DNA of 64,000 bases. Source: Scyliorhinus canicula (Eukaryota). The notes under the pieces were generated by a model that saw only the letters and a program-made list of their open reading frames with translations, did not search any database and had not been told where the DNA came from. The stretch spans positions 137,620,737-137,684,736 of the forward strand of contig NC_052160.1 in NCBI RefSeq assembly GCF_902713615.1, written 5' to 3'. This document shows, in pieces, positions 24,393 through 37,475 of this stretch. The position numbers and the translations under genes were made by a program. How positions within the stretch are numbered: position 1 is the first letter of the stretch; every line of letters begins with the position of its first letter.

Positions 24393-25237
24393 TTTTTAAA
24401 TAATAATTTTTCTTGAGCTTTTTGAAAAATGTTTAACAACAGAACAATAATAATAATAACAATAACAATAATAAACACCCCCCGGCACCCATAACAATGC
24501 ATATGACTAACTCCCCCACGCTCCCAAACCCAATAAACAACAAAATAAATTAACAATAAATTAAATAAACAATGCCCCCCTGAAACACCCCCCTTTTTTT
24601 CCCCCTCCCCCCCCCCCAGGTTGCTGCTGCCACTGACCTAGTTCCCTATCTTTGAGCCAGAAAGTCGAGGAAAGGCTGCCACCGCCTAAAGAACCCTTGT
24701 ACAGACCCCCTCTGGGCGAATTTGACCTTCTCCAGCTTAATGAATCCCGCCATGTCATTGATCCAGGTTTCCACGCTTGGGGGTCTCGCATCTTTCCATT
24801 ACAACAAGATCCTCCGCCGGGCTACTAGGACGCAAAGGCCAAAACACCGGCCTCTTTCGCCTGCTGCACTCCCGGCTCCACCAACTCCTTTGGGACAGGC
24901 TGGTCTGAGTACTCCAGCAACTCCACTTTCAGCTCCGTAAAGTAGTGCAGAAGGGCCGCCTGCTGCTCCTCCGCGCACTGCCTCCACTCCTCGGGGGCTC
25001 CACCGGCCGCCATTTTGTCCACCTTCCCCCGCTTTTCCAGGGGAGCTGCTGCCGCTTATTTCCTCGTCCCACTCCGGGTCAGCACCATAAATCCCGGGGG
25101 TATTGCCCCAGACCCCTTTACACACCGGGAATCGTTGAATCAGCGCCGTTTGGGGTCCTTAAAAGAGCCCACAAGGCCTATAAAAGCGGGAGCTGCCGAA
25201 CGTGCGGCTTAGCTCCGCATTGCCGGCACCGGACGTC
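24393..25237 (-). mobile_element. Internally deleted L1 derivative (5'UTR + ORF1 start fused to ORF2 end + 3'UTR/polyA), copy B only
   Basis: TSD CCACATATTACATTGCTT at 24375-24392 and 25238-25255; empty site at ~1525-1542 in copy A. The 5' end resembles that of the 57911 element. Encodes KMAAGGAPEEW...ELLE then EPGVQQAKEAGVLAFASLVARRRILL. Confidence 0.92.
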
Positions 25238-26003
25238 CCACATATTACATTGCTTAACCACACTCAAGAAACGTGGCACCATCCAGGACAAGGCAGCCCA
25301 CTTTATTGGCACCCATCCATAAACATTCAGCACTGGCGCAAAGAAGCGCCATGTGTACCATCTACAAGATGTAATGCAGGCACTCACCAAGGTTCATTAG
25401 ACAGCACCTTCCAAACCCACGACCACTACCATCTACAAGGACAAGAGCAGCAGATACCTGGGAACCCCACCACCTGGAGGTTCCCCTCCAAGTGCCTCAC
25501 CACCCTGACTTGGGAAGATATCGCCGTTCCTTCACTGTTGTTGAGTCAAAATCCTGGAACTCCCTTCCTAACAGCACAGTGGGTGTACTTACACCACAGC
25601 AGTTCAAGCAGGCTGCTCACCTCCATCTTCTCAAGAGAAATCAGGGATGGGCAATCAATTCTGATCTACCCAGTAATGTCCACGTCTCGTGAAGGAATAA
25701 CTATAAAATTAATTAGTAATACAGTTTACTTTCATGCTGTGTATTTTATTACTGGTGTTTGGACTGGCACCTTGTGGTCTGCTGAAGTGTGTGGCTGTGT
25801 TTACTGTATACAAGTCCTATTTTACCTGTGTTTATGGGCGGCCCAAGCCCTCCTAGATATGTGCGCAGGCTGGAAAATGGACAAATCTCAGTGCATTCAC
25901 TATTACGTGACACAATTCCTCGGGACGCTAAAAGGCTAAAAATACTCATCATGGGGTGTAAGCACTTTTATAATGTACTAATGATAGCTTCCTGTTTAAC
26001 TAG

Positions 26004-26120
26004 AGAAGCTGAACTGAACAGTCACCGTTTATGGACTCTATTCCGCTGGCTGCTCTTTGCTGCTCTGGCTGTTTGCACCGTTTCAGTCACATGTTGGACA
26101 CGATTTGCAAAACAATCCAG
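26004..26120 (+). CDS. Gene 2 transmembrane exon with TM Arg (activating-type)
   Basis: tttaactag|A...TCC AG|gtatga. The phase-2 acceptor fits the stalk exon (AT+A = Ile). Encodes ...LWTLFRWLLFAALAVCTVSVTCWTRFAKQS. Confidence 0.8.
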
Positions 26121-29100
26121 GTATGATCATTAAAATCTCATGATTCTAATATTCAAGGTGATTTCGTTCAGTTGAAAAGCTCAAGCACTTTGAAAGTTGC
26201 CTCAAAATAATAGGTCAAAGATCCAAAATAAAATCCCCACTGCTCATAAACTCCAAGTGAGTGAAGCATTGTCACCATTCCGATGTTATAACGATGGCTT
26301 TTACCGTAAGCTTTATGCCTGTCGACTGCAGTTAGTCTGGAGTTTTTGTTCTCAAATGGAAATCCATGAGAGAGGACAAATCGGAGCAGGCAGATGATAC
26401 AAAACATTCACATACATTGATCACTGACTGATTACAGAACATAACTGCAGTGATATCACGGTAGTGTTGCAATTCACTGACGGACCATTAAGAGTCTCAC
26501 TCGTATATAGGTGAATTCAGCTGACCAGACATTGGCTGGAGGAAGGAAAAGAGGGAGCTTGCATGTAGCATGATTTTGATGTTGTTCATCTGCTGTCTTG
26601 TATAGTTTATCCGTTTCTAACCTTAACTACAAGTGTTCTTGTAATAAATTAGACCATCCAACAAGAACATTACAACAACTACCTGATGATATGGGCTGAA
26701 TTTTAACGATCAACAGGGAGAGAAATGGAGGTAAAACCCTGGGGAGCAGAATCAGATCAGCTCCTCGACACAGTCCTCCCATCGGGGTAATTTACTGGCC
26801 GTGGGGGGGGGGGAGTGGGCAGGCTAATTACCCCATGGAGACAGACAGACAATTTACAGATGTCAAGGCGCCTTTTTAAAAAAATTAATTTGTGGGATGT
26901 GGGCGTTGCTGGGTGGACCAGCAGCAAGGCCCATTTTACAGGGCTGTCTACATTTAGCCAACAACGTGGCAACTCCCTGTCACATGTGGTGGAGCCACCA
27001 GCTAAATGGAGTCAACCTCTGAGCGACAGCCCAGCTGAGGGGAGGTTTTAAGCAGCAAAGAGAGGGCCCTGGGGGCAGACAGGCCTTGGGGCCTCAACAA
27101 ACCTGTAGAGATCAGGTCTCCCTCCTGCCTCTGGAGCCAACACCACTCCCGGTGTTCCTGCTGAGTTACTGACCCTCTGGCTGAGTCGACAGTTCTGTGG
27201 GCAGACGGCCATCCATAATAGGCAGCTCCCCGCAAAATTTAACTGGCAGACTCTCCGCCCACTCGTGGTGACGCACATTCCCTCCCAATGTCGGGGCTGC
27301 CGCGCTCATGGAGGTGAAACCTGCCTTATGTAACCGCTTGACCCAGTCACAACCCACGTGAGTGCAGCACAAGGTCAAGTGTGGAAAACTGATCAGCTTT
27401 TGGTCATTTACCCGATATCTCCTTCTGTGACTCAGTGTTGTTGTTGACACTTTACTGCATTTAACGGAGCTATAAAAGTGCAGGTTGCCATTGATGCTGT
27501 AGATATTTTGTCACTGACAGAATTACCATTTCCAGTTAGTGCCTGTGATCCATGTATTTTGTCTGGAAGTATGCTCTAGTTCCTGACCATCGATGTGTGT
27601 ATCCCACTTAAATGATTCTACCAGAAAGCTGCTGTGAATTGTAAAATAAAGAATGTAATTTATTCTCATCCATGCCATTCTCATTCCAAAATAGGTGTCA
27701 ATAAATATATTGGGTCAAACCTGTAGGGGAGCTGATGGGCCGCACACTGTTTTCCCCTCTGGAATTGACCCTCGGTCATGACGATACCAGGTCACCCCCT
27801 CACCAACAGCAGACAGGCATGAAGGTGACCCGACTCCCCCCCCCCCCCCCCCCCCAACCCCCCCACTAGCTCCCTCATCAAAACCACCCATCAAATCCCC
27901 CAACAAACCCCCGATCAGAGATTCCCGTCAGTCACTCGTGCCTGAAAGTTGAAGAGAAGTCCAGGCAGTAGAGCGAAAATCACTGCATTTTCACTTCCCC
28001 TTCCCTAACACCTGCTGCCTCAGGCAATAATGTTTAACACAGCAGCTTTGCCAGAGGCTTCCTTGAAGACCAAGTACACTGAAAAGGCTTCAAATCCCTC
28101 GATAAGCTTTGAAATGCAAATCTTCCATTCAATTCCACGCAACAATACATTTCATTAGCCAGTGATGACAGTTTTAATACTCCAGACACACTTGCTAGGT
28201 GGATTGTTTATCTTTCTTTCCCTTCAGACTTGACTGCATCTCAAATAGCCTGTTGTGATGCTAACCACAATGTTTATAAACACTCTTGCCATGATTGACA
28301 GATTCTCACCACATCAAAAGCAGCTACGTGCTTTCTGCTGTGGGGGCAAACTCTTCCCCATGCATAAATTAGCATGGGTAGGGAGAGAAACTCGCATTCC
28401 GGGCGCTGCTCCTAACACCAGCAGAGACCAGTAGCGATTCTCCACTGGCAAGAGCATCTATGATCCATAGTGGAGAATGCTGACCTTCATCTTAAATCAA
28501 TGCCTACGTTCAAAGGCAAATATGAAACAGGGGATGGGAGAAGCATCAACAGCGTTCCTGGATCAGGCACAGTGTGTTGCATTGTTCAACCTGGGACCCA
28601 ATGCCATGGGCACCAATTGCAAAATAGAAAGTTCCCCAAACCCCAGGTAAGTTGAACAATATCAGAGTTAGACGTTATGGCAGACCAATCTCACCATTTG
28701 GATCAGAATATTGCCATCCACCATCTCCCCTGCGTATTATTGCCTGGTAGCCCTTCACGTGAAACACTTTTGAAAGAAGGACAATCAGTTCATTTTCTAC
28801 AGGTCAGTTGCTTAAATTCATTTCTTATTCAGTTCCCCAGGGCAGCAAATGAAGGGTTAAACGGAAACATCAACCACAGAACACGAATGGATCAGAGCGG
28901 CATTCGAAGACTGGCCAGAGGATCAGAGCCTAATGTCCAGAACATTTTCACTTGCTTTTAGAAGTTACGCTCCAATGTTATTTTATACTTGATTATAATT
29001 TGAAATTTCTCTGTGTTAGAAAACGCGCCCTGCTGGTGGAACATCATCTGATCTATAGTGATGTCAGCAGAGTGTTTGTGTGGTCTTCAGTTCTCCATCT

Positions 29101-32100
29101 TAGATTGGATGAGTAACATCTCCTAATAAACCTCGCATCTTGTTTGTCAGAAATCCATGCCTGCGGCACCTCCAAACCTTTTCTCTTTGCAGAAAATTGA
29201 GAACATAATAAAAGCAAAAACTGGCGACGAGGATTGAGGCAAGAAACAAAACCTGCCGAGGGACTGAAATCGCCGGCGCAAAAAGAGGAGGCGGCGACGA
29301 GAGCGGTGGAGGAGATTCTGCGGACTGGACGTTGAAGTCGATCGTAAGAAAGGGCACTGATGCAGGAGGTTTAAATAAGAATAAAACAAAGATATCCGTG
29401 ATATGTTGTTCCTTGTCACTGAATAAAGCTCGTAGTCTTAAAGTTGAGATAGATGCTTTATTGTGAGTTTGTTCTCTCTCCAGCGCTTAAACTATGTTAT
29501 ATCTGAGCTGCCTGTCTGTGTTCTGCTCCCAGCTGCAGTTCCTGTGAAGTGACCCCTAACTTCCTGTCTGTCTCTATTTACACCTCTCCCGTGCTCCCTC
29601 TAGTGCTTGCTCAGTTGTATTGCATCTACATTGCCCCCTCGTATATTTACACAGATATACAGATCACTACACGGGAGTTGGCAGAACAAAAGTTTCGAAA
29701 TGTTTTCTTGCCGCCGGATGCCAGTGGATTCTAGGTCAGTGTTTCTCGGCCATATTGGTGAGCTGCGGGAAGGATGCAAGTGTGGCTCGGCCGCCGACGC
29801 TTCTGCGAACTCACCCTTGCATCATGCCTCCCGACACGGCCGATCTTTTCTCTCCGTGACTGCTCGGCTCCCTCTGTAGCTGCCACTTGAATGCTGCATT
29901 CGAAATCCGTTCTCTTCCCAACAGCTGCCGGGCACGCGTCCACCCAGTTAGCAGAGCACCAATCGCTCGGGCCAAGACAAGGGAGGCCCTTTTCAGCTCA
30001 TACAATGCACCGGTTGTGAGGTCTTTGCTGGGCGCTGTGGAGAAGGCCAACAAAATTATTTTTCTTTCAATATAAATTTAGAGTATCCAATTCATTTTTT
30101 CCCAATTAGCGTGACCAATCCACCTACCCTGCACATCTTTTGGGTTGTGGGGGCGAACCCCACGCAAACACGGGGAGAATGTGCAAACTCCACACGGACA
30201 GTGACCCAGAGCCGGGATCGAACCTGGGACCTCGGCGCCGTGAGGCAGCAGGGCTAACCCACCGCGCCACCCAGGGCTAATCCACTGTGCTGCCTAGGAG
30301 AAGGTCAAAAACAAGGCCTTGCCAAATGTTTGGTCACTGGCTGCCATTAACGTGATGTCGGGCAAGGCAGCCAAATCCTCAATGTAAAATGTACCCAGAG
30401 AGAAGCTGCAGCTGCTCCTGTATTCCCTGGGAGTCTCTGTCTGTTATGTTTACTCTGGGACTTTACAGGAAGCGATGTAACTACTCGGAGCCCAAGACAC
30501 AGAGCAGGCAGTGAATTGATTTGAAAGGAATACTTTTGTGTCTATGAAATGGCCCATTCTTTGAACATATACAAAATGTCACCCCCCCCCCCCCAAGGAT
30601 TAATGATTTATTGAGACAGAATGCATAGCTTAATTAAAGTACACTCAACGATATATAATAGAAAAATGTTGAGGAAATATATACACCTGTATTTATCTCA
30701 CGGCGACCGGCGATTCTCCGGCCCGGATGGGCCGAGCGGCCTACCGAGCCCAACCGGTTCACGACGGCGCCTACCAAATCTGGTCGCTGCCGGCGTGAAC
30801 AGCGCGCGACCGGTGAGTGTGGGGCCTGTGGGGGACGGAGGGAGGATCGAGCACCACGGGCGTGCTCAGCAGATGTCTGGCCCGCGATCGGTGCCCACCG
30901 ATCGTCGGGCTGGCGTCTCTAAAAGACGCACTCTTTTCCCTCCGCCGACCCGCAAGATCAAGCCGCCATGGAAAACTGTGAGACAGGGGTACATCGCCCC
31001 AGGAATGATGAACCTGACCAAATGGTATTTTTTAATGTTAAAACAAACTTTAATTTAAACACAGAATGAATCACATTGACATCAAATAAATAGCTTTACA
31101 ATTAACAGTTAAACAGTTCTAAATGAAAGGAAAAACCTTAACTCGCTCAGTACACCTGCTTCTGTACATATTCCAACTAAGCAACCCAATGCAGGTCAAA
31201 ATCCACTCAGAAATAAAGTTAGCAATCAGGGTTACTTGTTGTTGTCTGGACTTGTTGCCAGACCTTGGAAGAGAGACCCTTTCAGGAACAACCTGAATCT
31301 GTCTTGTCAGATTCAAATCCTATAGCAAAACCATAGACACACAGGCCCCTCTTATTAATTATATCCCACTAAGATGTCCCATGACCTGCTTAGCTGGGAC
31401 TAAACAAAATCCCTCAAATTATCTACACTCCAGGGGACCTCCAGCAATTAAAATAATGTTCAATCCACCATCTCCCTGTAAACAAGTAAATGGTTAAAAT
31501 CAAAGAATTCTTCAAATTTACTATACCTTAATTACCGCTTTGGTAGACACACTGCCTGTCAATGTTGTAAACCAGGGTTTTTAATATCATTATTGCCACA
31601 AATTTAAAATAATACGTTGATCAAACTATTATCATTTTCACTGGAATTATTGTTACACTGAATATAAGGGCTTTGAATTAAAGTGAAGCTCAGTCCGAAT
31701 GCGGATTTAAACTGATCTCCCAGAATGAATGGTCGTACAATGGGGGAACACTTTGCTGCAGATTGCTGAATTGTGGCACAGTTTATGCCCCCTCCCCTAG
31801 TATGTGACTGGCCACAGTCGGTTCGCTACTACAATGTGGGGTGTTTATAAGCAATCAATTTGGCTGAAAAAAAAAGTGTTTGTGCTGTGGAATTATATTT
31901 CTCATTGAAGTGTGCCCTTTTACTGGACAGGTTGGGAAGCACTGGTCTGGGCTGCAGGAACCACACGCCTGGCGGAATGAAACGGGCTGTGGGATTAGGG
32001 ATTCAAAAGTCTTTCCGATTCTGTGCATGTCACTACCCCAATAAGGCAAACCAGAGTCCAGGCAAAAGAGACATTTTTATGTTGCATTGTGGATCAGGAG

Positions 32101-32122
32101 ACCTCTTGTTTCACACATGATA

Positions 32123-33280
32123 AAAAACGGAAGGGAGGAAAGTTGATCGAAGTATATTCCCGAGGCGCCGGTATCTGGAATTGCGGGAAATGGTGGCACC
32201 GTGGATACATTTGATGATGACGGTGAGTGTTGGAACTTGCATCGAGAGAACTTTCCATTTGTCCTCCTAGCAACTCAAACATCTGTGGACCTCAAAGATT
32301 GCAATATTTCTCAGTTCGGTGAGGTGTAAAACTTTTATGCTGTTGTAAACCTTGGTCCACCCAGCAAAGCTGGGAGATAATACCTACAACAAATGGATGA
32401 AAATTCTAGAAGGGCATTTCTGACCGTGACCACTTACAATTACAGGAAGGTTTCGTTTCCAGTCAGGAAGAAGGTTACAATTCTTGGTGACCTTAAGAAA
32501 GTGAGCAAAATGCAAAGAGTTTGGTACTACAATTGACGACACCCTTTGGGACAGGCTGGTATGAGTCCTCCACAACAAAGCTGTTCAGAGGAAGCTGCTT
32601 ACTGTAAGAGATTTAACTCAAATCAGCTGGAGAAATTGCCACATCAATGAAGCTCGCAGCAAAAGCCAATTCACAGATAGGAGCTGGAGTGAAGATGCAC
32701 AAAATGGAGGCGGCCAAAAACAAGTCTGCAAGGGTTCGACCGTGTCATCGACGAGCAGAAAGTTGGACACTCAATGGGGAAATGCTGGAGAACAGAAAAT
32801 AAGTGCATAAGTGCTGTGGTAAAAAGGGTCATGTTGCCAAAGTGTGCTGGGCACGGCAAACCTCACCAACACTTAAGATGTGTAAGAGAAAAAATATATC
32901 TCAACCTACTCGTCGAGTTTACATGTTAATAAACTAAGTTTGAGACCCCTCAGGGGATGATTTGTCAGGACAGGGTGATTAACAATGTCTTTGGGTACTC
33001 CCAAAACTAGATGGTAACCAAATCAAACTGGAAACATATATGGGTGCAGCTGTATCATTGATACCAGAGACTATTTATAATCAGAAGTTCGAGCACCTGC
33101 CATTAATACCATTAAATGTTAACCTATACACACAGAGGTCAGACCACTAAAAGGCTATATTACAGTAAAATGGAAGTAAATGAAACAGCGGTGTCGCCTC
33201 TCCTCGTTGTCCGTGGAAGCTTTCCTTTTTTATCTGGTAGCGCACGGTTGGGAAACATTGGGCTGGATTCTCCGATTGAG
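32123..33280 (+). mobile_element. Degenerate Ty3/Gypsy gag-protease fragment, copy B
   Basis: Duplicate of 8430-9590. Confidence 0.8.
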
Positions 33281-36200
33281 AGAATAACCGCCGACTCTGT
33301 GGCTGGAAGGTGGATGTTCCAGGGTCCCGATGGCGGCATCGGTCCCAAAGCAATTCAGGACGGCACTCGCGGCACGTGGAACCAGTGTGATTCCATCTGC
33401 CGCCGGCGCTGGATTTGCTGCAGTCAGGATTGGTACCGGAGAGGCTGACAAGCTGGAGCTGCGGATAAGAGCTCCACTCCCCACACACACTCATTCCAGC
33501 CAAGAAAATGGCTCCCCAGAGAGCGGCCCCGGGATTCACAGATGCAGAGTTGGAGGTATTGCCAGATGCTGTGGAGGAGACGCAGGAACCCTGTTCCCCG
33601 GAGTTGGATGGAGGTTACTACCCGCCGTGTTAACTGGGCCTGGCCGCAGGTGGCAGGAGAGCCGTGGGCCCCACCGCGAGGGCCGGTCAGCAGTGCCGGG
33701 CAAAGCTGCACAAACTCCTCAGGGTGGCCCAGGTGAGTCACCGCCTCCTGCCCCTGGCGCCACTCCTGCCCACCCACCCCACACCCATCCCCACAACCAC
33801 CCCCCACCCCCATCATGCCAACACCCATCCGACTCACCATGGGGTGTGCCCCGCACACACAGGTCACCATCTGCAGACCCCGTGCACTGCCCATGTCCGA
33901 GTGTCTTACACTGCGCATAATCTGTCCCCCAGGATAAGGTGGCCCATAACCGCAGGGAGAGAGAATAGACTGGGGAGGGGGGGCTTCCAGACATGCGGCC
34001 CCTCACCATCGTGGGGCAGAGGGTGTCGGACCTGTTTGGCGGGGTGAGGAAGAGGGTAGTCGCAGAAGCGGAAGTCGGCATGAGATACCCCCATTTCGTT
34101 GCGATGTGCTTATGGCACATGAGGCACCCCTCACTGACCCCCCCCCCCCCCCCCCCCACACCGCGCCTCTCCGCAATTTCACCGTACGTTTTGCACTGTG
34201 TCCTGCAGGGTCACCACCAGACCAGGCGGAATCGGCCTGTGTCCCCGCCCCCAACTACAACCCCACGACTCACCAGGCCATGAGACGGGACACCGCTCCC
34301 CCACCCGCCCCCCCCTCCGCCGCAATCCCACATCACTCCGTGGCACATGTCCAGGGACGGCACCGACATCTGGTCACACCTGTCACCGGCACCCTCCACC
34401 ACCCAGAGACACTCACCTCAGTTGGAAGAGGCTCCTGGGACACTATCTGTTGAGCAGCAGGCACATGCAGCGATGCATCAGGTGGAGGTGGGAACACGCG
34501 AGGGGACGGGCGGTCGGAGGACACCCGACCCCAGGGACCAGCTGCCGTCCAGAAGGGTCGGGTACTTCTGCACGTGGTGGTCCCATCAATGCTGGAGATG
34601 CAGACTCCGAGCCGGGGACTACGGGAGGGGGTGCCAGCAAACATCCAGCACCTGCAGGTGCAGTTGGAGGAGTACAGCCCCCTGCAGGAGGCGTTGCAGA
34701 CCATGTTTGCTACCCAGGCCAACACCGCATGGGTGGCATCCATGTGGAGGACATGGGTGCAAAGGTATAAAACATGGGTCAGGATATCCAAGGCATGGGG
34801 CATCTTGTGCGGGCAGTGGCTGAGGCACAGGTCAGGGTGGCCATGTGTCAGGGCCACATGGACATTGCTGCGGCCATCCAGAGCATGGCCCTACACAACA
34901 GGCTCTGGCTGCGGGAGTCAAAAGCATTGGCCTGTTCCTGGATGATCAGAGCCAACCATAAAGGAACCTGGCACAGTCCCTGAGTGAGATGGCCCAGTCC
35001 CAGGGGGACGTGGCGTAGTCCCTGTGCTCCATGGACGCGAGTATTGAGACCCTGGTCGGTATGAGTGCAGACCTCCAGGACTGGCAGTGCCAGGTGATGG
35101 CAGAGCTGCCGGAGCTCCCTCTCGCCACACCCCCATCCCAAAGAGCAGCGCAGGGGCCATCAGGCACCCTGAGGGTGGAGGAGGTGATAGGGCACTGGGA
35201 GTGCCAGTGTGCCAGGGAGAATGTAGCAATTGCCACGGTGCATACATCTGCTATTCCTGTTCAGACTGTGCTCTGCCCCTCCCCCCGCGTCCCTCCCTGC
35301 AGATGAGCAGTTCTTTGGAAGGGTGTACTGAGTGATGCCGTCACCTGGAGGGTCACTGGCTGAGCTGGGCCACGCACGCCCTGTACATGGGTTGCCGAGA
35401 ATCTGGGGGTTCCTAGTGGGATGGCTTGAAGTGGGGCAGGGCCCCCATATAGCCGTTGGTGCTCTGCACATTGACGGTCATGGTGGGCAGTCAGTGAATT
35501 GCCCAGCCAGATGGCCACAGCAATGGTGGTGCGTGCCCGGACAACCCGGACTTGGGATGACATTCCCGGACCTCGGGCCATCTCCTGGTCACACACCCCG
35601 CTACTCCCCCTGCCCTCAGCCAGCGGCACTGCTATCAGCCCAGGGTTGGGCCTCTAGAAACATGTCTTACCTCCTCTCTCACCCTCAGCAGCACAGCAGG
35701 GTGCCAGTTTGGAAGGCTGCCTTAATCAATTCCATCCCCCTTTAAGGTCCCGCCCCCCGTTTTCAATCCCCCCTCAACCCTCCAACCTTGGGGTGCCCCC
35801 GGGAACGCTCTCAACCCCCCCCCCCCCCCCCCCCCCCCACCTCCCCATCCGTAAAGAACAGGAGGGGAAAATCCCAGCCAATGCCTTTCATGATTTCCAT
35901 TGACAGGATTGAAATAATGAGAAGCACAGCAACATAACACTGGCGAACAAAACATTCAAACCAAATAGGTTTTAGCTCCCATATCCAGACAGAAAACGAG
36001 CCTGACTATACAGCTTTCCTCAAGTCTGTTCCAATAAACTGGTGCTGACGTATACTTCATGGAAGCCGCTTTTTTACAGGTGGACTTCAGTCAGTGCAGA
36101 TACAGATTACCGCTTTGTGTTTTTAATTTTCATGCCATGTATAATTAACAGCTGGCCAGCGTTTGGACTGTGTGAGGAAGCCGGAGACCCACAGAGAAAC

Positions 36201-37306
36201 CCACGCAGCCACGGGGGCGAATGTGCAAACTCCACACAGACGGTCACCCAAGGCCGGAAGTGAACTCGGGGCCCCTGGCGCTGTGAGGAAGCACTGCTAA
36301 CCACAGATAAGAGGAGGGAAGACATTTGCCACGTTTTGCGAGGGCCCCAAAGAATCCAGCACAAGTTGAAGGATGGAAAGAAATAACATTTATTTACAAT
36401 AACGTATATACGCAGCAGCAGCAGCAGCAATTTCCCTAGCTGCTCACTCTCCTCTAGCCGGTTCCAAACTGGCCAGCTTTATTTATGCAGGGAGTCTGCT
36501 GACGATTTCTCCGCCTCCCCCCCCCCGCCGCCTCATTGGGGAAGCTCATACTCCCAAAGGATTGTTGGATTGCCATTAGTCCCCAGCCAGTGGTAAGCAG
36601 GCAGGTTATAACACCATGAGACTGCATAACCGGTCATGTACTCACAGAATATGCTGTTTAAACGTGCGGATCGAGACAGTGCAGAATGGCCTTTGTTAAT
36701 TTGGAGACACGCATTTGGACATCAGTGCAGACTGTGTTCCAGAAAACGTTTAGGCTCCAACACGGCAGGCATAAAAATATATTGTAGTTACCGAAATGAT
36801 GCAGCAGGAACCAAGTAAACTCATTAACCTCTCTAATTAGCTCAATCCTGGCCGACAAAAATCCCCCTCATGGTCAGAAAGTGGGGAAAACGGTTTCCGC
36901 AGCCGGCGAGGAATTTTATTCTGAGAGGTAAGTTGATGATGGAACGCGATTTGGGGAGAATGTTGATTGGAAAGTTATTTTCTTGCTCGTGAAAGTAACC
37001 TCCCTCAGCTGCCACATTTATGTTGTCACGGTGATTGATTAGAATAGAGTCTATTCAACAGACTGTTTCCCTTTTCGAAACGTGTGAGGAAGCACTTGGA
37101 ACTGTTAATGTGTAAGAAGAGGTTAAAGAGTAGTCTACCTGAATACAGAGTATTAGAATTTACCATTAAGGTGCCTAAACTGAAACAGACCCCTCCCCAT
37201 TTATTTAGTCTCCGGAATGTAAGTGTCCCACGACCCAGGCCTTTAGTCAGGTTGGGGAACATGGATACAGGCTCTGCAGTTGGTGCCCGACCTCTTTCAC
37301 ATTCTG

Positions 37307-37318
37307 AAAGAGGAACTG
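37307..37318 (+). promoter_or_regulatory. Candidate PU.1/SPI ETS site upstream of gene 3
   Basis: Same AAAGAGGAACTG motif in copy B. Confidence 0.45.
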
Positions 37319-37435
37319 AGAAATTTGGCTGCAATTTGAAGGAGGAAATGACAAATACAAAGTAGAAAACCGCCAGAGTGGAAGACAGCAGAGCTCTGAG
37401 CTGGGAGACATCACCCACCCAAAACACTCCGAACA

Positions 37436-37475
37436 ATGGAATTAATTGCTCTTCTAATTCTAATGCCGGTATCAA
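37436..37475 (+). CDS. Gene 3 exon 1, signal peptide
   Basis: Identical to 14706-14745 (MELIALLILMPVS + A|gtgagt). Confidence 0.87.
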
